Below, piece after piece: positions 63,930 through 64,000 of a DNA stretch of 64,000 nucleotides. The stretch's first letter is position 1. Each line of letters opens with the position of its first letter. The position numbers were made by a program, and so were the translations under genes. The notes beneath the pieces were generated by a model that was not told where the DNA came from, ran no database searches, and saw only the letters and a list, made by a program, of their open reading frames with translations. This stretch comes from Takakia lepidozioides (taxonomy: Eukaryota; Plantae; Bryophyta): positions 4,898,001 to 4,962,000 of the forward strand of contig CM060732.1 in NCBI GenBank assembly GCA_030704615.1. Direction: 5' to 3'.

Positions 63930-64000
63930 TTGCTCTCTTGCTCTGCGTCTCTCTCTAAGGGAAGTAAAATAAAGAGACTTTCTTCTCTTTCGTATTGTAG

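Overview
Eukaryotic, repeat-rich land-plant DNA, probably a non-seed plant (PLS-type PPR repeats, an OSB PDF motif, GT-AG introns); the species cannot be determined. No intact host gene is visible. The main structure appears to be two related, nested giant hAT-type transposons that carry cargo genes. (1) Inner element, 14675-34287 (about 19.6 kb): short imperfect TIRs, an exact 8-bp TSD (TCTGGAAC) and GCGACCACC palindromic arrays. It holds a BED-hAT transposase pseudogene, a cargo-gene paralogue, a ~7 kb head-to-head array of a ~1 kb repeat and a protein-kinase pseudogene. (2) Outer sister element: left end at 9265, right end inverted at 45518, with reverse-complementary 8-bp flanks ATATTAAG/CTTAATAT in the same satellite. 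Its apparent interior holds a RING-finger gene, a truncated CACTA Tnp2, a MULE-type DDE/SWIM transposase behind a 53-bp-phased CRISPR-like palindrome array, and two intron-containing genes for beta-class N6/N4 DNA-methyltransferase-like proteins, one with an N-terminal ParB-like domain. Also present: Gypsy relics, tRNA-derived SINEs, hAT-type MITEs, a tandemly amplified PPR fragment and several hairpins. All calls come from reading the sequence by eye; no database searches were run.
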